The position numbers and the translations under genes were made by a program. The notes under the pieces are model-generated. The model saw nothing but the letters and a program-made list of their open reading frames with translations. It made no database searches and was not told the origin of the DNA. A stretch of DNA of 64,000 nucleotides from Christensenellales bacterium. GTDB lineage: Bacteria; Bacillota; Clostridia; Christensenellales; SZUA-584. Location of the stretch: positions 207,009-271,008 of the forward strand of contig JAXGMA010000001.1 of assembly GCA_040768905.1 (NCBI GenBank), read 5' to 3'. This document shows positions 29,907 through 37,496 of this stretch, piece after piece (the first letter of the stretch is position 1; each line of letters begins with the position of its first letter).

Positions 29907-29941
29907 AAAAGAGCCAAAGGCATGATGCCTTTGGCTCTTTG
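29907..29941. terminator. bidirectional intrinsic terminator
   Basis: AAAA-GAGCCAAAGGCAT-g-ATGCCTTTGGCTC-TTT between convergent gene ends (29895 and 29952). Confidence 0.8.
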
Positions 29942-29951
29942 TGGTTATTGT

Positions 29952-30611
29952 TCAAGGCTGCGGCCATTGACCGGGTGCTGGAGGTGTCGGCGGAGCGGCT
30001 GGCGGCGGGGGAACCGGCGGCATGGCATTGCTGGGGGGATAGGTTTGCGGAGCAGCTGGCGGCGTGTTTTGGGGCTGTTCTCTTATAAACGCAAACACGC
30101 ACGCAATGATCAGCAGTATCGAGGCAATAAAGCCAAGCCCGGTAAATACGGACAGCACTGCAGCGATTAGAAGCAGAACACCCGAGGCAATGCGTTTTTT
30201 ACGGATGATAGCACCGCCGATGATGCCGAGTATGCCGCCGATCAATCCGGCAATACCGGCCAATAACAAGGCGACAAAAGCTGCGCCCAAGCCGGCGCTG
30301 ACGATGCCGGCAGGGTTGTAGCTGCCCGAGCCGCTTATGTCAAAACCCGAGTCCGGGGCAAAATTAAAATCGTTATCCCAATCACGGTCCCCGCTGCTGT
30401 CCCAATCGGTGTCCCAATCGGTGTCCCAGTCAAAATCAGCGCCTGGATCCCAAGGGTCACTCTCAAACTCAAAGGGCGAATCGTAGCCGGGGTAAGACGT
30501 GACCGAATTGCTGAATATCCCGAACATCGTGGCGCTGAAAAAGAAAATAAATGCAAAGATGATGGAGAGCGTGCCGCCGATGATGCCCAAAACGAGGCCG
30601 GCTGTTTTCAT
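29952..30611 (-). CDS. membrane protein with DWD-repeat loop and proline-rich C-terminus
   Basis: 219 aa. N-terminal TM (GLVLGIIGGTLSIIFAFIFFF). Acidic Trp/Asp loop DFDWDTDWDTDWDSSGDRDWDNDF. Gly-rich TMs. C-terminal tail PPVPPPPAAPPTPPAP. Confidence 0.6.
   Translation of the reverse strand: MKTAGLVLGIIGGTLSIIFAFIFFFSATMFGIFSNSVTSYPGYDSPFEFESDPWDPGADFDWDTDWDTDWDSSGDRDWDNDFNFAPDSGFDISGSGSYNPAGIVSAGLGAAFVALLLAGIAGLIGGILGIIGGAIIRKKRIASGVLLLIAAVLSVFTGLGFIASILLIIACVFAFIREQPQNTPPAAPQTYPPSNAMPPVPPPPAAPPTPPAPGQWPQP
30399..30431. repeat. 12-nt in-frame tandem repeat (about 2.7 copies)
   Basis: GTCCCAATCGGT at 30399-30410 and 30411-30422, then the partial copy GTCCCAGTC. Encodes the TDWD units on the minus strand. 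Confidence 0.7.
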
Positions 30612-30697
30612 AAAGAATCCTCCTTAATCATTGATCAACATTGATATCGAATTCGAATTCGCGTACAAGATTGTTTTAAAAGCAAGCCGCACGCTTA

Positions 30698-31078
30698 TTA
30701 TGCCTGCTTATTTGTTTCATCGTCAGGCTGTTGCTTTTTGTTTGCCGTGAACATTTTGATCAGCACGTGGGTGATGGGAATAATGAAGAAAATAAGCCAC
30801 CCGGGATGCCAAAGCGCGTGGAAAAAACCAAGATAAAGGTAAACGACCACGCAGATTATCGAGACGATGCCCGAGACAGCTCCTGCGACGTCACGCTTTG
30901 TGGCTACATCCACGATGGCTGAAACGATGGGGATCGAAAGAAAAATCAGCCAAGTCGGGTGCCAGATGTGCATCGTAAAACCGATAAACAAGAACGCTGC
31001 CACAGAAAGAAGAGAAACAAGGCTAATGATAGCATGGCCGACAGGGCTCTTTTTGGGTTTTGCAGACATTATATTCAC
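30698..31078 (-). CDS. small 4-TM membrane protein with internal duplication
   Basis: 126 aa. The motif WHPTWLIFLSIPI recurs as WHPGWLIFFIIPI. Confidence 0.6.
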   Translation of the reverse strand: MNIMSAKPKKSPVGHAIISLVSLLSVAAFLFIGFTMHIWHPTWLIFLSIPIVSAIVDVATKRDVAGAVSGIVSIICVVVYLYLGFFHALWHPGWLIFFIIPITHVLIKMFTANKKQQPDDETNKQA

Positions 31079-31251
31079 CTCACATCACAAATATGTTTCA
31101 ATTATATTCTATTTGTTGTCTGTGTGCAATTTATTTTGTTCTGATTATTGATACTATCATGTCATCTTAGGGCGCGGCTTTCAAAAGTTTTATGTGCAAA
31201 AGAAAGCTGGACAGAAGCAGAAAAAAATACCTATAATAGATCAAAAGAGGC

Positions 31252-31280
31252 TTGCATTTCTATATAAAAAGTATTATGAT
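31252..31280 (+). promoter_or_regulatory. candidate promoter of the cbpA-like gene
   Basis: TTGCAT (31252-31257), 17-nt spacer, TATGAT (31275-31280). Confidence 0.5.
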
Positions 31281-31285
31281 TAAAA

Positions 31286-31302
31286 GGTCAAAGAAAGTCA
31301 AA
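31286..31302 (+). promoter_or_regulatory. CtsR operator (heptad direct repeat)
   Basis: GGTCAAA-GAA-AGTCAAA matches the (A/G)GTCAAA-NAN-(A/G)GTCAAA consensus. It begins 6 nt after the -10 element. Confidence 0.6.
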
Positions 31303-31349
31303 GTCACTGAAGGGTCAGTGCCGGCGCATAAGAAAGGGGAGAATGAGCT

Positions 31350-32321
31350 TTGGAATATAAAGATTATTATGCGATTCTCGGCGTCGAGAAGACGGCGTCG
31401 CAGGATGAGATCAAAAAAGCATACAGGAAACTCGCAAAGAAGCACCACCCCGATGTCAACAAAGGGAACAGCGCTTCGGAAGCGAAATTCAAAGATATCA
31501 GCGAAGCGTACGAGGTTTTGGGAGACGAAACCAAGCGCAAGAAGTATGATACCTTTGGTTCGCAGACCCATTTTTCAGGCGGGCAGGATTTTGACCCGTC
31601 GCAGTTTGGCTTTGACGGCCGTAACGTGCGTTATGAATACGCTGGCGCAGGCGACTACAGCGATTTTTTCAATATGTTTTTTTCGGAAGGCGTTGACCTT
31701 TCAGACCTTTTTGGCGGCGCCCGGGGCGGGCGCACTTCCCGAACGTACCAAAGAGGCAGCATGGACGATTTGTTCTCGCAAACAGGAAGGCGCGCAAGCC
31801 GCGCGCAACACGGCGCAAACGTTGAGGCGCAAATCAGCATCACGCCCGAAGAGGGTGCAGCTGGCGGCGAGAAGCGGATATCGCTTCAGACGCAGACCGG
31901 CACGCGCAGCCTGAATTTCAAGATACCGGCAGGTGTGCGCGACGGCGAAACCATCCGCCTCAAAGGGCAGGGTCACGAGGGCGCGGGCGGCGGCAACACC
32001 GGCGACTTGCGATTGACAGTCAAAATGGAGAAAAGCACAAGGTTTGCGTTGGAAGACGACAAGCTCATCACAACTGCCGACGTGACGCCGTGGGACGCGG
32101 CGCTCGGCGTCAAGCTTCCCGTTGATACGTTGGACGGGCGCATCATGGTCAACCTGCCTGCCGGTGTGCAGACGGGCAGCCGCATCCGCGTGGCAGGCAA
32201 AGGCTATCCGTTCCGCGGTAAGCCGCGCGGTGACCTGATGATCGACGTGCGCATCAAAAACCCGGTGCATTTAAGCGAAAAGCAGCGCAAGCTCTACGAG
32301 GAACTGCGCGGATCATCATAA
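31350..32321 (+). CDS. cbpA: DnaJ-class co-chaperone lacking the zinc-finger domain (CbpA-like)
   Basis: 323 aa. J domain ([31 protein letters not shown]). G/F-like region, no CxxCxGxG repeats. C-terminal substrate-binding domains. TTG start after AAAGGGGAG. Confidence 0.85.
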   Translation: MEYKDYYAILGVEKTASQDEIKKAYRKLAKKHHPDVNKGNSASEAKFKDISEAYEVLGDETKRKKYDTFGSQTHFSGGQDFDPSQFGFDGRNVRYEYAGAGDYSDFFNMFFSEGVDLSDLFGGARGGRTSRTYQRGSMDDLFSQTGRRASRAQHGANVEAQISITPEEGAAGGEKRISLQTQTGTRSLNFKIPAGVRDGETIRLKGQGHEGAGGGNTGDLRLTVKMEKSTRFALEDDKLITTADVTPWDAALGVKLPVDTLDGRIMVNLPAGVQTGSRIRVAGKGYPFRGKPRGDLMIDVRIKNPVHLSEKQRKLYEELRGSS

Positions 32322-32481
32322 TATATTGCAGGGCAGTATAGCAGTGTGATCATAAACTGGATTAAGCATTATTATAAGTTCCTAAGAAAATACCGTTAGG
32401 TATTTTCGTTGGGATTCCAAAGGGTGAAACCCTTTAGCGGGAGTTTGAGGGCAGGGACCTCATGAAAAAGGAGGGAGATAT

Positions 32482-35070
32482 ATGGAACTTGATAAATTGA
32501 CTGAAAAAGCTGCGGCGGCCGTGAGCGGCGCGCAGCAGACATGTATAAAAATGGGGCATCAGCAGATCGACGGAGAGCATCTGCACATGGCGCTGCTGAC
32601 GCAGAGCGACGGCCTGATCCCGAAGCTGCTTTCTTACATGGGCGCGGACACAGCCGGTATTTCGGCCGCGGTCGAAAATGAGCTGCAAAAGCTGCCCAAG
32701 GTACAGGGCGCGTCGGCTTCGGTATACGCGTCTCGGCGACTGAGCGAGCTTGTCATCAAAGCGCAGGACGAAGCAAAGCAGTTCAAGGATGAATACACAG
32801 GCGTCGAGCATTTGTATATCGCGCTGTTAAAGGAACGCGGCACGCCGTCTGCGGCTGTGTTTGTGCGCTTCGGCATCACGCTTGAAGCCTTCATGGCGGC
32901 GCTTTCAAAGGTACGCGGCAACCAGCGCGTCACGTCGCAAAACCCTGAAGAAACGTACGATTCTCTGCAGCGTTTCGGACGCGATCTTGTGGAGCTGGCG
33001 CGTCAGGGCAAGATAGACCCCGTGATTGGCCGTGACGGTGAGATCCGCCGCGCCGTGCGTATACTCTCACGCCGCACCAAGAACAACCCCGTGCTCATCG
33101 GTGAGCCGGGTGTCGGCAAAACGGCCGTGGTCGAAGGGCTTGCGCAGCGCATTCTCGCGGGCGACGTGCCCGAGGGCTTAAAAGACAAAACGGTGTTCGC
33201 GCTGGATCTTGGCGCATTGATCGCGGGCGCGAAATACCGCGGCGAATTTGAAGAGAGGCTTAAAGCTGTGCTCTCGGACGTCAACAAATCTGAGGGGCGC
33301 ATCATACTGTTCATCGACGAGCTGCACAATATCGTGGGCGCGGGCAAGGCCGAGGGCGCGATGGACGCGGGCAACATCTTAAAGCCCATGCTCGCGCGCG
33401 GCGAGCTGCACTGCATCGGCGCAACGACGCTCGACGAATACCGCAAGTACATAGAAAAGGATGCGGCTTTGGAGCGGCGGTTCCAGCCCATACTTGTGGA
33501 GCCGCCGTCCGTGGAGGACACTATTTCTATACTGCGCGGATTAAAGGAGCGTTTCGAGATACACCACGGTGTGAAGATCACAGACGGCGCGCTGATCGCC
33601 TGCGCGGTACTTTCCGACCGCTATATTTCCGACCGCTTTTTGCCCGACAAGGCGATCGATCTGATGGACGAGGCGGCGGCGATGATACGCACCGAGATCG
33701 ACAGCATGCCGACCGAACTTGACGAGATATCGCGGCGTGTGATGCAGCTTGAGATCGAGCGGCAGGCGCTGAAAAAAGAGCGCGACGCGGCAAGCAAGGC
33801 GCGGCTTGAATCGCTCGAGAAAGAGCTTTCCGTACAAAAAGAGCAGGCCGACAAACTCAAAGCCCAGTGGGAGATGGAAAAAGTGGCGCTCAAGCGCGAG
33901 AAAGAATTGATGCAGCAGATTGAGGATGTGCGGCGGCGCATCGATGACGCCAAGCGCAGCTATGATTTGGAGCAGGCGGCGAAGCTTGAGTACGGCGAGC
34001 TGCCCGGGCTGCAAAAACAGCTGGAGGACGAACGCTCCCGCAACGCCAAGAATGAAAATGTGCTGCTGAAAGAGGAAGTCACCGACGAGGAGATCGCCGA
34101 GATCGTTTCACGCTGGACGGGAATCCCCGTATCGCGTCTGGTGGAGCAGGAGCGCGACAAGCTTTTAAATCTAGAGGCCATACTGCACCGGCGTGTGGTG
34201 GGGCAGGACGAGGCAGTGAGCGCCGTCAGTGAGGCGGTTTTGCGTGCGCGCAGCGGCCTGAAAGACCCAAAGCGCCCCATCGGCTCGTTCATTTTCTTGG
34301 GGCCCACGGGCGTCGGGAAAACCGAACTTGCGCGGGCGATTTCCGAGGCATTGTTCGACAGCGAGGAAAACATGGTGCGTATAGACATGTCCGAGTATAT
34401 GGAGAAGCATGCCGTCGCGCGGCTGATCGGCGCGCCGCCCGGATACATCGGTTACGACGAGGGCGGCCAGCTGACCGAGGCTGTGCGGCGCCGGCCCTAC
34501 AGCGTGATACTCTTCGACGAGATCGAAAAGGCGCATCATGACGTATTCAACGTGCTTTTGCAGCTGCTTGACGACGGGCGGTTGACCGACAGCCAGGGGC
34601 GCACGGTGGATTTTAAAAACACCGTGATCATCATGACCAGCAACATAGGCAGCGAGTATCTTTTATCGGGCATTGACGCGGCGGGGGAGCTCAGCGACGA
34701 GGCGCGCGACCGTGTGACGTCCGAATTATCGCGCCATTTCCGTCCGGAATTCTTAAACCGCGTGGACGACATCGTGGTGTTTAGGCCGCTCAAAATGGAC
34801 GACATCATCCGCATCATCGACCTATCCGTCACCGCTTTGCAGCTTCGGTTGCTCGACCGCGACATCACGCTCAAACTCACCGATGCGGCGAAGCGGCTTA
34901 TAGCAGAAGCTTCATACACGCCCATATACGGGGCGAGGCCAGTCAAGCGTTATCTCCAGAAGGCGATCGAGACGCGGTTGTCCCGCATGCTGGTTTCCGG
35001 CGACGTGGCCGACGGCTCTTCCGTGGTGGTGGACGCTGCGGACAGCGAGCTGGTGATCCGCGCTGAGTGA
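32482..35070 (+). CDS. clpB: ATP-dependent chaperone/disaggregase ClpB
   Basis: 862 aa. Two AAA+ modules ([18 protein letters not shown]) and a long coiled-coil middle domain. Confidence 0.97.
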   Translation: MELDKLTEKAAAAVSGAQQTCIKMGHQQIDGEHLHMALLTQSDGLIPKLLSYMGADTAGISAAVENELQKLPKVQGASASVYASRRLSELVIKAQDEAKQFKDEYTGVEHLYIALLKERGTPSAAVFVRFGITLEAFMAALSKVRGNQRVTSQNPEETYDSLQRFGRDLVELARQGKIDPVIGRDGEIRRAVRILSRRTKNNPVLIGEPGVGKTAVVEGLAQRILAGDVPEGLKDKTVFALDLGALIAGAKYRGEFEERLKAVLSDVNKSEGRIILFIDELHNIVGAGKAEGAMDAGNILKPMLARGELHCIGATTLDEYRKYIEKDAALERRFQPILVEPPSVEDTISILRGLKERFEIHHGVKITDGALIACAVLSDRYISDRFLPDKAIDLMDEAAAMIRTEIDSMPTELDEISRRVMQLEIERQALKKERDAASKARLESLEKELSVQKEQADKLKAQWEMEKVALKREKELMQQIEDVRRRIDDAKRSYDLEQAAKLEYGELPGLQKQLEDERSRNAKNENVLLKEEVTDEEIAEIVSRWTGIPVSRLVEQERDKLLNLEAILHRRVVGQDEAVSAVSEAVLRARSGLKDPKRPIGSFIFLGPTGVGKTELARAISEALFDSEENMVRIDMSEYMEKHAVARLIGAPPGYIGYDEGGQLTEAVRRRPYSVILFDEIEKAHHDVFNVLLQLLDDGRLTDSQGRTVDFKNTVIIMTSNIGSEYLLSGIDAAGELSDEARDRVTSELSRHFRPEFLNRVDDIVVFRPLKMDDIIRIIDLSVTALQLRLLDRDITLKLTDAAKRLIAEASYTPIYGARPVKRYLQKAIETRLSRMLVSGDVADGSSVVVDAADSELVIRAE

Positions 35071-35095
35071 GCGGGAGGTTGAGTTGCTTAAGGTC

Positions 35096-35188
35096 GTGGG
35101 GGCGCTGCCCCCGCACCCCCGCTTCTTTTCTTGAAGAAAAGAAGCAAAAGACGCGTGCCGCGACGCTGCGCGCCGCGGGGGGTGGAGG
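35096..35188. other. GC-rich multi-hairpin intergenic element at the left edge of the low-GC islet
   Basis: GGGGGC-gctg-CCCCC (35096-35110). Perfect 12-bp-arm palindrome GCTTCTTTTCTT-g-AAGAAAAGAAGC (35121-35145). CCCCCGC...GCGGGGGG long-range complement. No following T-run. Confidence 0.4.
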
Positions 35189-35210
35189 ATTTTGATATAG
35201 TTAATATTTG

Positions 35211-35239
35211 TATACATTAGTTACTAATTGAGATATAAT
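35211..35239 (+). promoter_or_regulatory. possible islet promoter
   Basis: TATACA, 17-nt spacer, TATAAT (35234-35239). The AT-rich context makes this weak evidence. Confidence 0.3.
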
Positions 35240-35287
35240 AAATTTATTATATTTATCTTATTCTTTTTGATGGAATGGAGACAATTT

Positions 35288-36517
35288 ATGAATGATCAAT
35301 TGACGTTTTTTGATATTAGCGAATTTACCGAAGAAATTTTCATTGAGAAATTTGATTCCTCTGAACTTAATAATGAAGACGAAGAAGATATAGCAGAAAT
35401 AGAGAAACTTGATTTATCTTCTATGGCGATTACTGGAACAGACTGGACAACAGAAACAATAGTTTCTCAAATCAAAAAGGGAAATATTGTTTTAGATCCA
35501 GATTTTCAACGTCGTGAAGCATGGACAAATAAAACAAAAAGTAGATTTATTGAATCGCTTTTTTTAGGTTTGCCAATACCTCAAATAATACTAGCTGAGA
35601 ATAAAGAAAAAAAAGGGAAATTTTTCGTAATTGATGGAAAACAAAGGTTAATAAGTTTAAAACAATTTGTACTTGGAAAGAACGACACCTCTAATAATGA
35701 TCAATTGCGTCTTTTTGGATTAGATGTAAAGAAACAATTTAATCAATTAACATACGAAGAAATAGAAAATAGTGCATACAGAGACGATATTGATATTTTT
35801 AACAATCAACCTATACGTACAGTAGTAGTTAAAAATTGGCCAGCAATTAGTGTGTTATATTTGCTATTCTTAAGGCTTAATACAGGTAGTGTTAGATTGT
35901 CACCTCAAGAATTACGTCAAGCACTATACCCTGGAGAGTTTATCAAGTATGTAAATAAGTGTTCAATAAAGAATAAAGAGTTGCAAAAAATGCTTAATAT
36001 AAGCAAACCAGATTTTCGTATGCGGGATGTTGAAGTTTTAATCAGATATTATGCATTTAAGTATTTTATAAGTTATTATACAGGGAGCATGCAAAAATTT
36101 TTGGATGATACTTGTAATAAAATAAACAACGAATGGAATGAAAGACAAGGCTTAATAGAAAAAGACTATAATGAATTCTCGAGAGCTATAAAAATTACAA
36201 GAAAAATTTTCGATGCGAATGCCTTTACGAAGTATAAAAATAAAAAATATGAAAATAGATATAACAGGTCTGTAATTGATATAATGCTCTTCTATTTTTC
36301 GCAGCCTAAAATTCAAGAAAAAATGATAGGAAAAGAAAAACAAATCAAAAAAGCTTTTGAAGAACTTTGTACTTCCAATACTGATTTTTTAGAGGCTATT
36401 GAATTGACAACAAAAAGTGTATTTGCAGTTTCGACTAGGTTTATTACTTGGGGCAAAACACTGGAACAATTACTTCAAATTCCTATTGATACCCCAAAAA
36501 TAAGTACGGGTAATTAA
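35288..36517 (+). CDS. DUF262 (ParB/Srx-like, GmrSD N-terminal type) domain protein without DUF1524 nuclease domain
   Basis: 409 aa from the ATG at 35288 (GGAG 7 nt upstream). Motifs LDPDFQRREAW, FIESLFLGLPIPQIIL, FFVIDGKQRL, LNTGSVRLSPQELRQAL. About 25-32% GC on hand-counted lines. Confidence 0.8.
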   Translation: MNDQLTFFDISEFTEEIFIEKFDSSELNNEDEEDIAEIEKLDLSSMAITGTDWTTETIVSQIKKGNIVLDPDFQRREAWTNKTKSRFIESLFLGLPIPQIILAENKEKKGKFFVIDGKQRLISLKQFVLGKNDTSNNDQLRLFGLDVKKQFNQLTYEEIENSAYRDDIDIFNNQPIRTVVVKNWPAISVLYLLFLRLNTGSVRLSPQELRQALYPGEFIKYVNKCSIKNKELQKMLNISKPDFRMRDVEVLIRYYAFKYFISYYTGSMQKFLDDTCNKINNEWNERQGLIEKDYNEFSRAIKITRKIFDANAFTKYKNKKYENRYNRSVIDIMLFYFSQPKIQEKMIGKEKQIKKAFEELCTSNTDFLEAIELTTKSVFAVSTRFITWGKTLEQLLQIPIDTPKISTGN

Positions 36518-36518
36518 A

Positions 36519-37124
36519 ATGAATTCTTTCTACTTCGAAGAACTCAAATCAAGAATCAATAAATTAAAAAAAGTATTTTTACCACGTGCTTTATCTCCAA
36601 CAGGTAAATACAAACCTTCAACTTATGAAAAAGCTCGAGCGTTCAAGACTTTTACGCATACAGAAATTGAAATATATTTGGAAAACATATGCTTTGGCAT
36701 TGCAAAGAAAGCTTATGATGAATGGCAAAACAGTAAAGTTGTTTCGCTTCCACTGTTAGCGATGTTAGCATATTATTCTGGAAAATTTAGGTCTATTCCT
36801 GAATTAAAAAGCGGGAATAATTCTGAGGAAGACTTATCGGAAAAAATACATATAGCTTTCACTGATTATTCGAGTAAAAAAGCCAATAATAATGGGATAA
36901 AAGAAAAGGATATTTTACAATTAGTTTTACCTATTGGTGTGCAAACTGAGGACATAAATGATGATTTATTATTATACTTAAACAATTATGGAAGTATACG
37001 AGGTGCGGCGGTTCATTCGGTGAGCGCGCTTCACCCAATAACACCAGAAGATGCTCTTGCTTCTACTGATGATTTAATGAAAAAATTATCAGAACTCGAT
37101 AAAAAATTAATTATTATGTTATAG
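36519..37124 (+). CDS. hypothetical 201-aa protein, putative HEPN-like effector (Rx4H motif)
   Basis: Start is 1 nt after the DUF262 stop (TAA-a-ATG). Helix-favouring composition. YGSIRGAAVHS gives R161-x4-H166 near the C-terminus, as in small HEPN RNases. Function is inferred from this motif only. Confidence 0.55.
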   Translation: MNSFYFEELKSRINKLKKVFLPRALSPTGKYKPSTYEKARAFKTFTHTEIEIYLENICFGIAKKAYDEWQNSKVVSLPLLAMLAYYSGKFRSIPELKSGNNSEEDLSEKIHIAFTDYSSKKANNNGIKEKDILQLVLPIGVQTEDINDDLLLYLNNYGSIRGAAVHSVSALHPITPEDALASTDDLMKKLSELDKKLIIML

Positions 37125-37368
37125 AATCTATTTTGTTCCCCTCCCTCCGCGCAATAAGCTCCTCCACCTTGCGCCCCTGCTCCTGTACCGCCTCGTCCCG
37201 CAGGACAGCGCCCAGCTTTTTCACATCAGCCAAACGGTCGATTTTCCTGCATTGATGCATGATCGCATACGTTTCTTCTATCGGTGTGCCGTCTGCCAAA
37301 GCCGCGTCCACAAGGCGGTCTAATTTTTCGCGCTCCTGTTGCAGCGTTTTGGCGATTTCAATTTCCAT
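37114..37368 (-). CDS. small helical protein, possibly Spo0E-like or phage-switch-type regulator
   Basis: 84 aa. RBS AGGGGGCA. The pattern QQEREKLDRLV...IMHQCRKIDRLA loosely resembles the Spo0E family. High-GC body, but the last 7 codons lie in islet-type AT-rich DNA. Confidence 0.5.
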   Translation of the reverse strand: MEIEIAKTLQQEREKLDRLVDAALADGTPIEETYAIMHQCRKIDRLADVKKLGAVLRDEAVQEQGRKVEELIARREGNKIDSIT

Positions 37369-37384
37369 AATGCCCCCTCTAAAT

Positions 37385-37477
37385 AGTGATATATCACTAT
37401 TATATCATAAACTTATGAATAGCGGTATATCACTAACAATTTTTGTGAAAGATATTATTCTTTATTAGTGATATAAC
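37385..37477. promoter_or_regulatory. divergent control region with three AGTGATAT-type operator copies
   Basis: 14-bp perfect palindrome AGTGATATATCACT (37385-37398). TATATCACTAA (37426-37436) and its inverted copy TTAGTGATATA (37465-37475), which overlaps a TGATATAAC extended -10. Confidence 0.5.
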
Positions 37478-37496
37478 GTCACAGGAGGTATGACAT

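Noticed and set aside
31252-31914. 220-aa + strand ORF overlapping the cbpA-like gene in another frame
   Set aside because: It is Arg/Ser/Ala-rich nonsense-like sequence. The alternative frame encodes a textbook J domain with a good RBS, and its start region holds the promoter and CtsR box.
34912-35217. 101-aa minus-strand ORF spanning the clpB 3' end and the GC-rich hairpin element
   Set aside because: It overlaps the clpB coding end and a palindromic non-coding structure. It has no RBS and a biased Arg/Ala composition.
35228-35287. TTG-initiated 20-codon N-terminal extension of the DUF262 ORF (track start 35228)
   Set aside because: The extension (MRYNKFIIFILFFLMEWRQF) overlaps the putative -10 region and has no RBS. 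The ATG at 35288 has GGAG 7 nt upstream.
35177-37148. G-rich (GGGGGGTGGAGG, 35177-35188) and C-rich (CCCCTCCCTCC, 37138-37148) tracts at the two islet edges as terminal inverted repeats
   Set aside because: The two tracts are only compositionally similar, not true reverse complements. The right one is coding sequence of the neighbouring gene. This is too weak to call as IRs or att sites.
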